This document shows positions 38,671 through 46,759 of a stretch of DNA of 49,108 nucleotides, piece after piece. Numbering within the stretch: position 1 is the first letter of the stretch; each line of letters starts with the position of its first letter. The DNA lies in the NCBI GenBank assembly GCA_041499075.1, contig JBGQJN010000003.1, positions 1 through 49,108 of the forward strand, in the 5' to 3' direction. The notes beneath the pieces are model-generated. The model searched no databases. It saw nothing but the letters and a program-made list of their open reading frames with translations, and was not told where the DNA came from. Position numbers and translations under genes: made by a program. This DNA comes from Minisyncoccia bacterium. Its GTDB lineage: Bacteria > Patescibacteriota > Minisyncoccia > 2-02-FULL-40-12 > IGHO2-01-FULL-4-A.

Positions 38671-38819
38671 ACAATAATGCCTTTTGGGATTTCTGCGTTT
38701 CCCGCCAGCATGGTTTTGTCATAGATTGAGTGAAGCGAACATCTTGACAAATGGCGGGAAGAGCAAAAGATGAGCCAAGTCCGCTGGGACGAGGCGAAGT
38801 TCTCAAAAGGTAATATTGT
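38671..38819. repeat. Structured MITE/REP-like element between ligA and gatC
   Basis: 16/19 terminal inverted repeat (38671-89 / 38801-19); inner ttcccgcca/tggcgggaa and tttgtca/tgacaaa; TGAG...GCGAA loops. Confidence 0.7.
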
Positions 38820-38823
38820 GGAG

Positions 38824-40830
38824 CTACTTGAGTAGATCCAAAAACTCTTTTTCAGATATAATTTTAACCCCAAGTTTTTTGGCACGGTCGTACTTGCTAC
38901 CCGGCTCCGTACCGGCAACAACATAACTCGTCTGGCTGGATACGGCCGACGAGACATCTCCCCCATTCTCGCGTACTATTTCTTCGCCTTTTTCACGCGA
39001 CAAATCATCAAGTGTTCCCGTAAATACGAATGAGAGGCCTTTGAGTTTGCTTGATTTTTGAGCCGAATCTTGTTTCAAGATATGTAAACCGACTTTGTTA
39101 AATTTTTTAAGCAGTCCCTGATTGTAATCATTTCTGAACCAATCATATATGCTTTGAGCAACAATGCCGCCGATATCCTTGATTCTGCTAAGATCATCCA
39201 CTGAAGTTTTCTCCAGCTTCTCAACAGTCCCAAATCTCCTGGCCAAATCCAAAGCCGTTTCAGAACCGACATGCGGAATACCTAGGGCATAAATGAATCG
39301 GTCGAGCGGAATTTTCTTGTGTGATTGGATTGAAGCAATAACATTGTCAGCAGATTTTTCTGCAAAACGCTCCAAATTCAATAAGTCTTCTTTTTTTAGG
39401 AGATATAAATCCGGGGCATTCTTGATCAGGCCGGAATCCATCAGCTGATCAATTATCTTGGGTCCGACACCATCTATATCCATCGCACCCTTGGATGCAA
39501 AATGATAGATGGCTTCGCGCTTGATTGCCGGGCAGTTTTTGTTGACACATTTGTAAGCCGCCTCGCCAGTTATACGCTTGACCGGTTCGCCACAAATCGG
39601 ACATTTGGAGGGAAAATGAAAAATCCTCTCACGGCCAGTACGAAGTTCCTTTAGGACTTTTCTAATGTCGGGAATGACATCGCCGGCACGGCCGACAACA
39701 ACGGTATCGCCAATCCTGACGTCCAAACGGCGGATCTCGTCTTCATTGTGAAGGGTAGCGCGACTGACAGTCGTGCCGCCGATTTCAACCGGTTCCAAGA
39801 CAGCGATCGGAGTTAATGCACCCGTCCGGCCAACACTGACAATAACACCATTGAGTTTGGTGGTAGATTCTCGCGGTGAAAACTTGTAGGCAATCGCGGC
39901 ACGGGGCGCTTTGCCGACAACACCGAGTTTCTGGAACATTTTATTGTCGTTGAGTATGACGACAATTCCGTCTATTTCATAATTTAAATTCTCGCGATGT
40001 TTTTCCCAATAATCCCGGAAGTCCTGCACTTCTTTCAGATCACGGCAAAATTTATTATGCGGATTAGTTTTGAACCCAAGCTTATGGAGTATTTTGTGCT
40101 CATCTTCATGCACTTTTTGTCCAAGATCGATCATGAGCGAGTAGGCAAAAGAGCTCATGTGCCGGCTGGCGGTGATGGCTGGATCAAGCTGGCGCACCGA
40201 ACCGGCCGCGAGATTGCGCGGGTTGGCATAAGTCGCTCCGCCCTTCTTTTTTTGTTCCTTATTCACTTCTCTAAACTCATTTTTACCGATAAAAACTTCT
40301 CCCCTGACAATAAGTTCTTTCGGCAATTTGCCGTTTTCAATATTCAACGGTATGGCTTCAACAGTTTTGAGATTTTGAGTAACATTTTCGCCAATTGTGC
40401 CGTCGCCGCGGGTAGCACCGATTTTCAAAATTGAATTTTCGTAGATAAGCTCGATTGCCAAGCCGTCTATTTTTAACTCACAATAAAATCCGCCCTCAAC
40501 GGCACGCGGGTCAATACGCTTCAAGCGCTCGATCCACTCCGCCATATCTTCCTGGTTGAAGGCGTCGTTGAATGAAAGCATCCTGGCGGGATGAGTAAAT
40601 TTTTCAAACTGCTTGAGCGGCTTGCCGGCCACGCGCTGGGTCGGTGAGTCAGGCGTCACCAAATCGGGAAATTGCTGTTCAAGATCAAAAAGCTCTTTTT
40701 TCAAAGAGTCCTCAACCGATTCCTCTATGATGGGCTTGTCCAAAACCAGCCGATGATAGCGGTATTTAGTTACGAGTGTTTTAAGCTTGTCTATCCTGGT
40801 CTTAGCCGCTTGTTTGGAAGTCTCTTTCAT
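38824..40830 (-). CDS. ligA: NAD-dependent DNA ligase
   Basis: DSPTQRV, ELKIDG, TRGDG, NPRN.AAGS, CPIC..C..C, BRCT domain. Confidence 0.97.
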   Translation of the reverse strand: MKETSKQAAKTRIDKLKTLVTKYRYHRLVLDKPIIEESVEDSLKKELFDLEQQFPDLVTPDSPTQRVAGKPLKQFEKFTHPARMLSFNDAFNQEDMAEWIERLKRIDPRAVEGGFYCELKIDGLAIELIYENSILKIGATRGDGTIGENVTQNLKTVEAIPLNIENGKLPKELIVRGEVFIGKNEFREVNKEQKKKGGATYANPRNLAAGSVRQLDPAITASRHMSSFAYSLMIDLGQKVHEDEHKILHKLGFKTNPHNKFCRDLKEVQDFRDYWEKHRENLNYEIDGIVVILNDNKMFQKLGVVGKAPRAAIAYKFSPRESTTKLNGVIVSVGRTGALTPIAVLEPVEIGGTTVSRATLHNEDEIRRLDVRIGDTVVVGRAGDVIPDIRKVLKELRTGRERIFHFPSKCPICGEPVKRITGEAAYKCVNKNCPAIKREAIYHFASKGAMDIDGVGPKIIDQLMDSGLIKNAPDLYLLKKEDLLNLERFAEKSADNVIASIQSHKKIPLDRFIYALGIPHVGSETALDLARRFGTVEKLEKTSVDDLSRIKDIGGIVAQSIYDWFRNDYNQGLLKKFNKVGLHILKQDSAQKSSKLKGLSFVFTGTLDDLSREKGEEIVRENGGDVSSAVSSQTSYVVAGTEPGSKYDRAKKLGVKIISEKEFLDLLK

Positions 40831-40909
40831 AGCCCAAATTTAGCAAAATTCAGCTTAAAAAACAATAACAAAACCGAGTTGCCTCGGCTGATTCAGTTTT
40901 CTGCTTTTT

Positions 40910-41119
40910 TTAATTATCCTCTGTTTTTGGTTTTCTTTTACTCCAGATGTAGATGTACAGAATATCAAGAACGGCAAAAGTGTTAACTAAAAAGAGTACG
41001 ACGAACCAGGTCTTATCTTCACGCTTTGCCGCCTTCCAAAGCGCCCAGCCCTTCCAGGGTAAGGTCCACAAAGCCAAGACCACAAAAATCCATTGATCGC
41101 CGAAATTTACTGGTATCAT
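40910..41119 (-). CDS. DUF5652-like small membrane protein
   Basis: W.L.WKG.ALWKAA....WF......NT...L.I.Y. Confidence 0.75.
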   Translation of the reverse strand: MIPVNFGDQWIFVVLALWTLPWKGWALWKAAKREDKTWFVVLFLVNTFAVLDILYIYIWSKRKPKTEDN

Positions 41120-41691
41120 TTTCTAAATACTTCAGGGTAACTCAATATTATCACAGAGCCTAGGGTACAGACAAGAGTGAATAGCCAGAGCGCCAAAACC
41201 TCCAAGAAAAGTCTGTCCTCGCGTATTTCGACTTCTCGCAGTGACCGGCCGGCGAGAACAAAGCCTGGATTTTGCCCGTTGTAGTGGACAACGACTACCG
41301 CGCTTCTGACACCGGCTCTTGGCTGCCAAGTAAAACGATCTTGGCCATATTTTTTAGTAAAAGCAAAAACACCGACCGGTAGTGTGGGCATATGGCCGTA
41401 AAGCCAGGCTGATGCCGCAATCGGCTGACCCTGGTCGTTAAAAATAACCATGTAAGGATAAGTGCTGGTTGAAAGGTCGATCAAACCTTTGGGCAGTATT
41501 AAATTAGGCTCGGCACCGTTGGTCAAAGCCAGGGCCGCATCCTCCGCCATTTGAATTTGCGGATCGTTGGCTGACTGTCTGATGTCCTGCTGAACGGCAA
41601 GATAAACTAAGGCCGAAAGTCCGGTGATTGCGATCGCAATCGGTATCCAATATTTCAGGATTTCTAATATTTTTTTCGGCATATTAATCAT
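41116..41691 (-). CDS. Two-TM membrane protein with an extracytoplasmic sensor-like domain
   Basis: QQ..RQSANDPQIQMA, FTWQP..GVR.A, GFVLAGRSLREVE; no kinase domain. Confidence 0.75.
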   Translation of the reverse strand: MINMPKKILEILKYWIPIAIAITGLSALVYLAVQQDIRQSANDPQIQMAEDAALALTNGAEPNLILPKGLIDLSTSTYPYMVIFNDQGQPIAASAWLYGHMPTLPVGVFAFTKKYGQDRFTWQPRAGVRSAVVVVHYNGQNPGFVLAGRSLREVEIREDRLFLEVLALWLFTLVCTLGSVIILSYPEVFRK

Positions 41692-41740
41692 TTAAGCATA
41701 TTTATTTTTCTTTTGCCATATTCTCTGCTAAAGTTTCAAA

Positions 41741-42421
41741 CTACAGCGGACCTTTTTTCTGGAAAAACTGGAGGGTGGCTAGTATTTTTTGCAGGACAGA
41801 GAAGGCTTTATTTTCATCAAACTGCTGGACTCCAGGATCATAGTTGGCGATGTTGCCGGTATGCACGGTCAGGACATCTTCGTAACAATAGCCCTGGTAG
41901 AGAGTACGGTAGATTCTCGAGTTGTAGATATTGCCGGCCGCCGGCTCCTGCATTGTGCCGGTGTGGAATTCCACGCCGTTGACGGTTTGTGTCTGTGTCA
42001 GGTTTTGGGAAGAATTGCCTGGATTAGAAAAACATTTAGTGACGGAATTGGCATCGTTGCCGGAACTGATGGTGACGTAAGCCTCGCCAAAGTTACTTTT
42101 TGGTGTCGCAAAGGCATCCTGCGGGAAAGAAATCTTGACTCGAGGCGTACCGATGAAGCCGCCATTAGCGGAATCACCGCGGTTGACATCAAAATCTCTG
42201 GGGTACTTCAGAGTGTAACCAGTGGTCATATCGGTAGTTTGCGAATAGTTGCCGTCCTGCCAGATTTTCCATTGGCTCTCATCGGAATAGCCACTAGTAG
42301 CGACTGGGCTTGGGCTGGAGCTTGGTTTTACTGATAATACCGCAACACGGCTAGAAAAATAAACCAAAAAACCAAGCAATATCAAAATAACAATTGCTAG
42401 AATTGCATTAGTTTTACTCAT
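41741..42421 (-). CDS. Membrane-anchored extracellular protein (PsbP-like pattern)
   Basis: TM, S/P linker, W..., GY.LKYP, AAGN.Y..R.YR...CYE, KILATLQF. Confidence 0.7.
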   Translation of the reverse strand: MSKTNAILAIVILILLGFLVYFSSRVAVLSVKPSSSPSPVATSGYSDESQWKIWQDGNYSQTTDMTTGYTLKYPRDFDVNRGDSANGGFIGTPRVKISFPQDAFATPKSNFGEAYVTISSGNDANSVTKCFSNPGNSSQNLTQTQTVNGVEFHTGTMQEPAAGNIYNSRIYRTLYQGYCYEDVLTVHTGNIANYDPGVQQFDENKAFSVLQKILATLQFFQKKGPL

Positions 42422-42435
42422 AAATTAAGAGGTTG

Positions 42436-42771
42436 TTAAAAATTAAACGGCGGATACCTATCAACTAAACCCAGAGCAAAGGCGTTGACTCTAACCTGCC
42501 ATCTCAATACATTGGCGACGAACTTGTGCATGTTTTCCGGATATTTGCCGGTGAACAAAACCACGAATTGAGCAATGACCCCGACAACTAGAGAAGCGAT
42601 AGCCAAAGCATACAAAATTATTATATGCGGTATTAGGATTATCAGCTTGGGGATCATGAACAAAAGCGTCGCTAAAGCCAACTTCCTGGACGACCTTTCC
42701 GGCCTGACTATTGTTAGATGGACCGGACTAGGAGTGTCTCCCAAAACATTATCAAAATTTTGATCAGTCAT
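42436..42771 (-). CDS. DUF4389-like membrane protein
   Basis: LIPH, LFTGKYP, RW..RVNA..L.DRYPPF; leaderless start MTDQ, 7 nt after TATACT. Confidence 0.8.
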   Translation of the reverse strand: MTDQNFDNVLGDTPSPVHLTIVRPERSSRKLALATLLFMIPKLIILIPHIIILYALAIASLVVGVIAQFVVLFTGKYPENMHKFVANVLRWQVRVNAFALGLVDRYPPFNF

Positions 42772-42892
42772 ACTTTTTAGTATACTACCCTTTCCAATTA
42801 ATGCAAACTTAAAAAAAACACGCCCCATACGATGATTTGTGTGGGGCGCCAGTTAGACGCGTATCTGGGAAGCACGGCGGTGGCGAAATCGC

Positions 42893-43513
42893 CTAGCGCC
42901 AGAGAAAAAGTGTTTTGTGTGGAGGTAGTTGACGGCGTGGCCGGACAAAGACCCAGCGTTCGTTTCCATAATAAGTATAGCGAGAGTTCCAGAAACGACT
43001 ATAGAGTGCGGGACCAAGATCGCCATGTTCCTCTACGAAGATAATTTGATTGCCGTGTAAATCAGGGATGGCTATCATAGCAACAAATAGGCTCTCGCCT
43101 TTGGGCTGATCCCTATACTGTAAACGCAGTTGAAGAGCAACTTCGATCGGGCAAATCTGCAAGCCCAGTTTGGTGGCACGTTCGTAGATTTGCTTACCGG
43201 CTGCTTCTTTTTTGAAGCCAAGTTCAGCCACGGAGATGTTGACAAGGTCAATCTCTGTCCCCCGACTCATAGTCCTAGAGAGGTCCATGAAGGGGTTTAT
43301 GACGAGTATATCAGAAATGTAATCGCTTACTTGGAAACCATCAGCTTTCAAAGCTCGACGAAAGTCGTCGCCGCTAATGAGCCCTGTTCCGAGCTTGATA
43401 GTTTTCCAGGCTGGCGGCATCACCAGTCGTGAGCTACAATAGGCAGCCAGTCCTATAACGGCCAGAACTATAGAAAAGATACCCTTCATTAACAGCGAAT
43501 TTCTCTTTCCCAT
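42893..43513 (-). CDS. Hypothetical protein
   Basis: VAELGF...IY.RA..LGL.ICP.EVAL.LRLQY.DQP.GE motif; has its own promoter and SD. Confidence 0.7.
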   Translation of the reverse strand: MGKRNSLLMKGIFSIVLAVIGLAAYCSSRLVMPPAWKTIKLGTGLISGDDFRRALKADGFQVSDYISDILVINPFMDLSRTMSRGTEIDLVNISVAELGFKKEAAGKQIYERATKLGLQICPIEVALQLRLQYRDQPKGESLFVAMIAIPDLHGNQIIFVEEHGDLGPALYSRFWNSRYTYYGNERWVFVRPRRQLPPHKTLFLWR

Positions 43514-43620
43514 TTCTCACCTCTCCTTGATATTCGTAAAGAACTTTAACTACTGACAACGATACCATTTACTGTAATGGTTTGTCAATAAAATTAACAC
43601 CATCGCATAATTACAAGTGA

Positions 43621-44391
43621 CTAAGAGATCTTTCGGTAGCGGTTGACGGCGAGCGGCACAAAGACGACAAGGATACCAACAATCCAAGCCAGAGAATACC
43701 AGATGTTATTGCCCACAGGCGTACCAAGCGCCAAAGCCCGGACGACATTGACGGTATAGCTGATCGGATTGTGTTCGGCAAAGGCGCGGACTACACCGCT
43801 CATGCTTTCAATCGGCACAAAAATGGAACTGGCAAAAGCTAAAGGAAAAACCCAGATGAAACCGGCGCTTTGCGCGGCCTCAACATTTTTAAGACTTAGT
43901 CCAATGGTGGCCGAGATCCAGGAAAAAGCAAAACCGAAGACTGTGGTCAGTAATATTGCCAAAAAGAAATGTCCGAAACCATGATCTATACGGAAACCGA
44001 TGAAATAGCCAACTACAGTCATAAGTATGACAACGAACAGATTACGGATCATTTCGGTAATCGTCCGGCCGGCGAGCACCGCTGAGCGCGCCATGGGCAG
44101 AGAACGGAAACGGTCAATCATGCCTTTGGAAATATCATCCGCCAGGCTGACGCCGGTCATCATCGCACCGAACAAAATAGTTTGGACAAGTATGCCGGGT
44201 AAAAGATAATTGATGTAGTTGCCGCTGCCGGTTTTGATGGCACCACCGAAGACATATGCAAAAAGCAGGACGAACATAACCGGCTGTATGAAAGAAAATA
44301 TGATCAAGCGCGGCAAACGGCGGTAGAAGGTAAGATTGCGCTTGATCATGACCAGGATATCGGAAATTGTGTGTGATAAATTATTGGACAT
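43621..44391 (-). CDS. ABC-2 type exporter permease (DrrB-like)
   Basis: QPVMFVLLF.YVFGGAI, YLLPGI, DRFRSLPM.R, NPIS. Confidence 0.9.
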   Translation of the reverse strand: MSNNLSHTISDILVMIKRNLTFYRRLPRLIIFSFIQPVMFVLLFAYVFGGAIKTGSGNYINYLLPGILVQTILFGAMMTGVSLADDISKGMIDRFRSLPMARSAVLAGRTITEMIRNLFVVILMTVVGYFIGFRIDHGFGHFFLAILLTTVFGFAFSWISATIGLSLKNVEAAQSAGFIWVFPLAFASSIFVPIESMSGVVRAFAEHNPISYTVNVVRALALGTPVGNNIWYSLAWIVGILVVFVPLAVNRYRKIS

Positions 44392-44401
44392 ATTGTTTGG
44401 G

Positions 44402-45499
44402 TTATTGATTAGCCGACGTGCCATGGCCGGTCAGTTTCATGAAAACATCATCCAGTGACGGATGGCGCAAGATGACATCGGAAAGTTCCATCTGGGCACT
44501 ATCCAAACGGCGCACGACTTCAACCAGGATTGAAGCTCCGCCGCTGACAGGCATGGTGATGACGCCGGTACTCGGATCGGTATGCGGCTGATCATCTCCG
44601 AATTCGCTGATCATCTCCGCCACCACTATGGCATCATGATGATTGGTCAGATGAAGTTCTAAAACTTCACCGCCGATTTGGCGTTTCAGTTCAGCTGGCG
44701 TGCCTTGAGCGATTATACGGCCGTTATCAATTACGAAAATATGGCGCGCTAAACGATCGGCTTCCTCAAGGTATTGAGTGGTCAAAAGCACAGTCGTACC
44801 GTCTTCAACCAGATCACGAATAACATTCCAGAGTGCGAAACGGCTACGCGGGTCAAGGCCGGTTGTCGGTTCATCCAAAAACAAAATCTTCGGCCGGATA
44901 ATGAGACTGGCCGCTAAATCCAGACGGCGGCGCATACCGCCGGAATAGGTTTTGGCCGGGCGGTCAGCGGCATCTTCCAGTTCAAATTGTTTTAAAAGTT
45001 CTACGGCACGTGATTTAGCTTCGCTAGCAGGAAGATGATAGAGACGACCGACCATTTCCAAATTTTCACGGCCACTCAACACTTCATCAATAGCCGCGTT
45101 TTGGCCGGCTAGACCGATAACCGAGCGCAGTGACTGGGCATCGTTAATCACGTCAAAACCGGCGACTGTTGCTTTGCCGTTAGTCTGACGTAAAAGAGTA
45201 GTTAGAATTCTGACCAGTGTCGTCTTGCCGGCACCGTTAGGACCAAGCAGGGCCGTGACACTGCCACGTTTGACATCAAGACTGACATCGTCTAAAGCGA
45301 TGACTTTACCGTAATGCTTGGATAAGTTTTCGACAGAAATTATATCGTCGCCGGGCTCCTGCACTTCGTGATCTAAAACTATATCCATGATATCGTGAAC
45401 TTGCCAGCCGACATCGGTCAACGCCTGTAATATCTGCTGGTTAGACATGCCTTCCCGATGGGCATCTTTGATGTATTGAATTAGTTGTTGGTTTGCCAT
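44402..45499 (-). CDS. ABC exporter ATP-binding protein (DrrA-like) with an extra N-terminal helical domain
   Basis: GPNGAGKTT, YSGGMRRRLDLA, FLDEPTTGLDP, TTQYLEEAD, PSLDDVF..LTG. Confidence 0.92.
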   Translation of the reverse strand: MANQQLIQYIKDAHREGMSNQQILQALTDVGWQVHDIMDIVLDHEVQEPGDDIISVENLSKHYGKVIALDDVSLDVKRGSVTALLGPNGAGKTTLVRILTTLLRQTNGKATVAGFDVINDAQSLRSVIGLAGQNAAIDEVLSGRENLEMVGRLYHLPASEAKSRAVELLKQFELEDAADRPAKTYSGGMRRRLDLAASLIIRPKILFLDEPTTGLDPRSRFALWNVIRDLVEDGTTVLLTTQYLEEADRLARHIFVIDNGRIIAQGTPAELKRQIGGEVLELHLTNHHDAIVVAEMISEFGDDQPHTDPSTGVITMPVSGGASILVEVVRRLDSAQMELSDVILRHPSLDDVFMKLTGHGTSANQ

Positions 45500-45568
45500 G
45501 AGAATTCTTAAGATTTCTTATTAACTCTAGTATAACACATATTATAAAATAATACAGGAGAAAGCCGC

Positions 45569-45997
45569 CTAGTCCCCGATTATTCTCCCGTCATCAAGCT
45601 TAATAATTTTTTCGGCCATCTTGGCGTACTGCTCTTCGTGGGTAACCATTATAATCGTTTGCCCGGCACGATGAAGCTCCTGAAAAATGGCTAAGACGAT
45701 ATCGGAAGATTCATTATCCAGATTGGCAGTAGGTTCATCGGCAAATAGTATTTTGGGTTGATGAGCAATGGCACGAGCGATACTTACTCTTTGCTGTTCG
45801 CCGCCGGATAAATGACTGGGAATACTATCAACACAATGTTCAAGCCTAACTTTTGACAGAGCCGCCATCGCCTTAGCATACGCCTGTTTTTTGCCGATAT
45901 TTTGCATGAGTAGTGGTAGAGCAACATTTTCTATGGCTGTTAATTCTGGAAGAAGCGCATAATCCTGGAATACATAACCGCATTGAGTAAGGCGGAA
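45569..45997 (-). pseudogene. 5'-truncated LolD/MacB-type ABC ATPase remnant
   Basis: FRL..GYVFQDYALLPELTAIENV...LSGGEQQRV.IARA, ADEPTANLD, VTH; no Walker A; in-frame TAG at 45998-46000. Confidence 0.8.
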
Positions 45998-46135
45998 CTA
46001 GATTTTTTTGAAGAACTAATGAAAGATGATGTGGTTGCAACACGCCTTACAAGAAAAGAACTGCTAACCTGTTTTGATCTTGAGCAGAAGCTACGATTTA
46101 TAGATGACATCTTCAAAAAGGCATTTGGTTTATAA
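45998..46135 (+). pseudogene. purB: C-terminal remnant of adenylosuccinate lyase
   Basis: LDFFEELMKDDVVATRLTRKELLTCFDLEQKLRFIDDIFKKAFGL* resembles the PurB C-terminal domain; no N-terminal part. Confidence 0.6.
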
Positions 46136-46244
46136 CTCAAAAAAACAAAAAAGCTGGCATTACGTCCAGTTTTTTCATTTGATGTTTCCGAGCGGTCTCA
46201 AAAATGAAAACCGCCCGTGAGAGCGCTGGACTCTTTTGGGCGGG

Positions 46245-46619
46245 TTAGACCAGGCTTTTAGGCAAATCTGCCTGAAATACCTTTTGCGGGTCGCCTATTT
46301 CTAGTAGCGATAGACTAAACCTGAAGGGCGAAGTAATGGATCGCGCCAGCCATTCAAGTAAATCACACATCATAACCACTTTTTCCTCTTCGACTCTGGA
46401 AAATTTCTCGATCTCTGGAATAACGACCCCGAAAAAGAACTCATCTACCCGATCGTGGCGAGATTTGATTGCCGGTTTTCTTAGCCAGTTAAGGCAAGTA
46501 CTGGCCAGAGAATAATATACACCCCCGGCAGTTTCTTCCTCAAGATCCGTAACTTTTCGTTTTAGACTATCAAGAAGTTCTTGTCTTTCACGTAATCTTC
46601 TTGCCCCGACTTCACTCAT
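46245..46619 (-). CDS. Hypothetical protein
   Basis: AGGAG SD; TTGCCA-17-TAAATT promoter. Confidence 0.6.
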   Translation of the reverse strand: MSEVGARRLRERQELLDSLKRKVTDLEEETAGGVYYSLASTCLNWLRKPAIKSRHDRVDEFFFGVVIPEIEKFSRVEEEKVVMMCDLLEWLARSITSPFRFSLSLLEIGDPQKVFQADLPKSLV

Positions 46620-46688
46620 GTTCTGTCTCCTTTTTAAAGAAGAACTACAGCAAATCTAATTTAGCAAAAATCCTTTTTGTTGGCAAGG

Positions 46689-46722
46689 CCAATCAAACCC
46701 CGCTGACGCGGGGTTTGATTGG
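46689..46722. terminator. Intrinsic terminator after the large adhesin
   Basis: ccaatcaaaccccgc-tgac-gcggggtttgattgg perfect 15-bp stem. Confidence 0.8.
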
Positions 46723-46759
46723 GATTTGCTATCAGCAAGATAAGATAGAAATATGGGTG

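Noticed and set aside
38621-38966. Short ORFs overlapping the ligA-gatC spacer
   Set aside because: Better explained by the structured repeat and the ligA overlap
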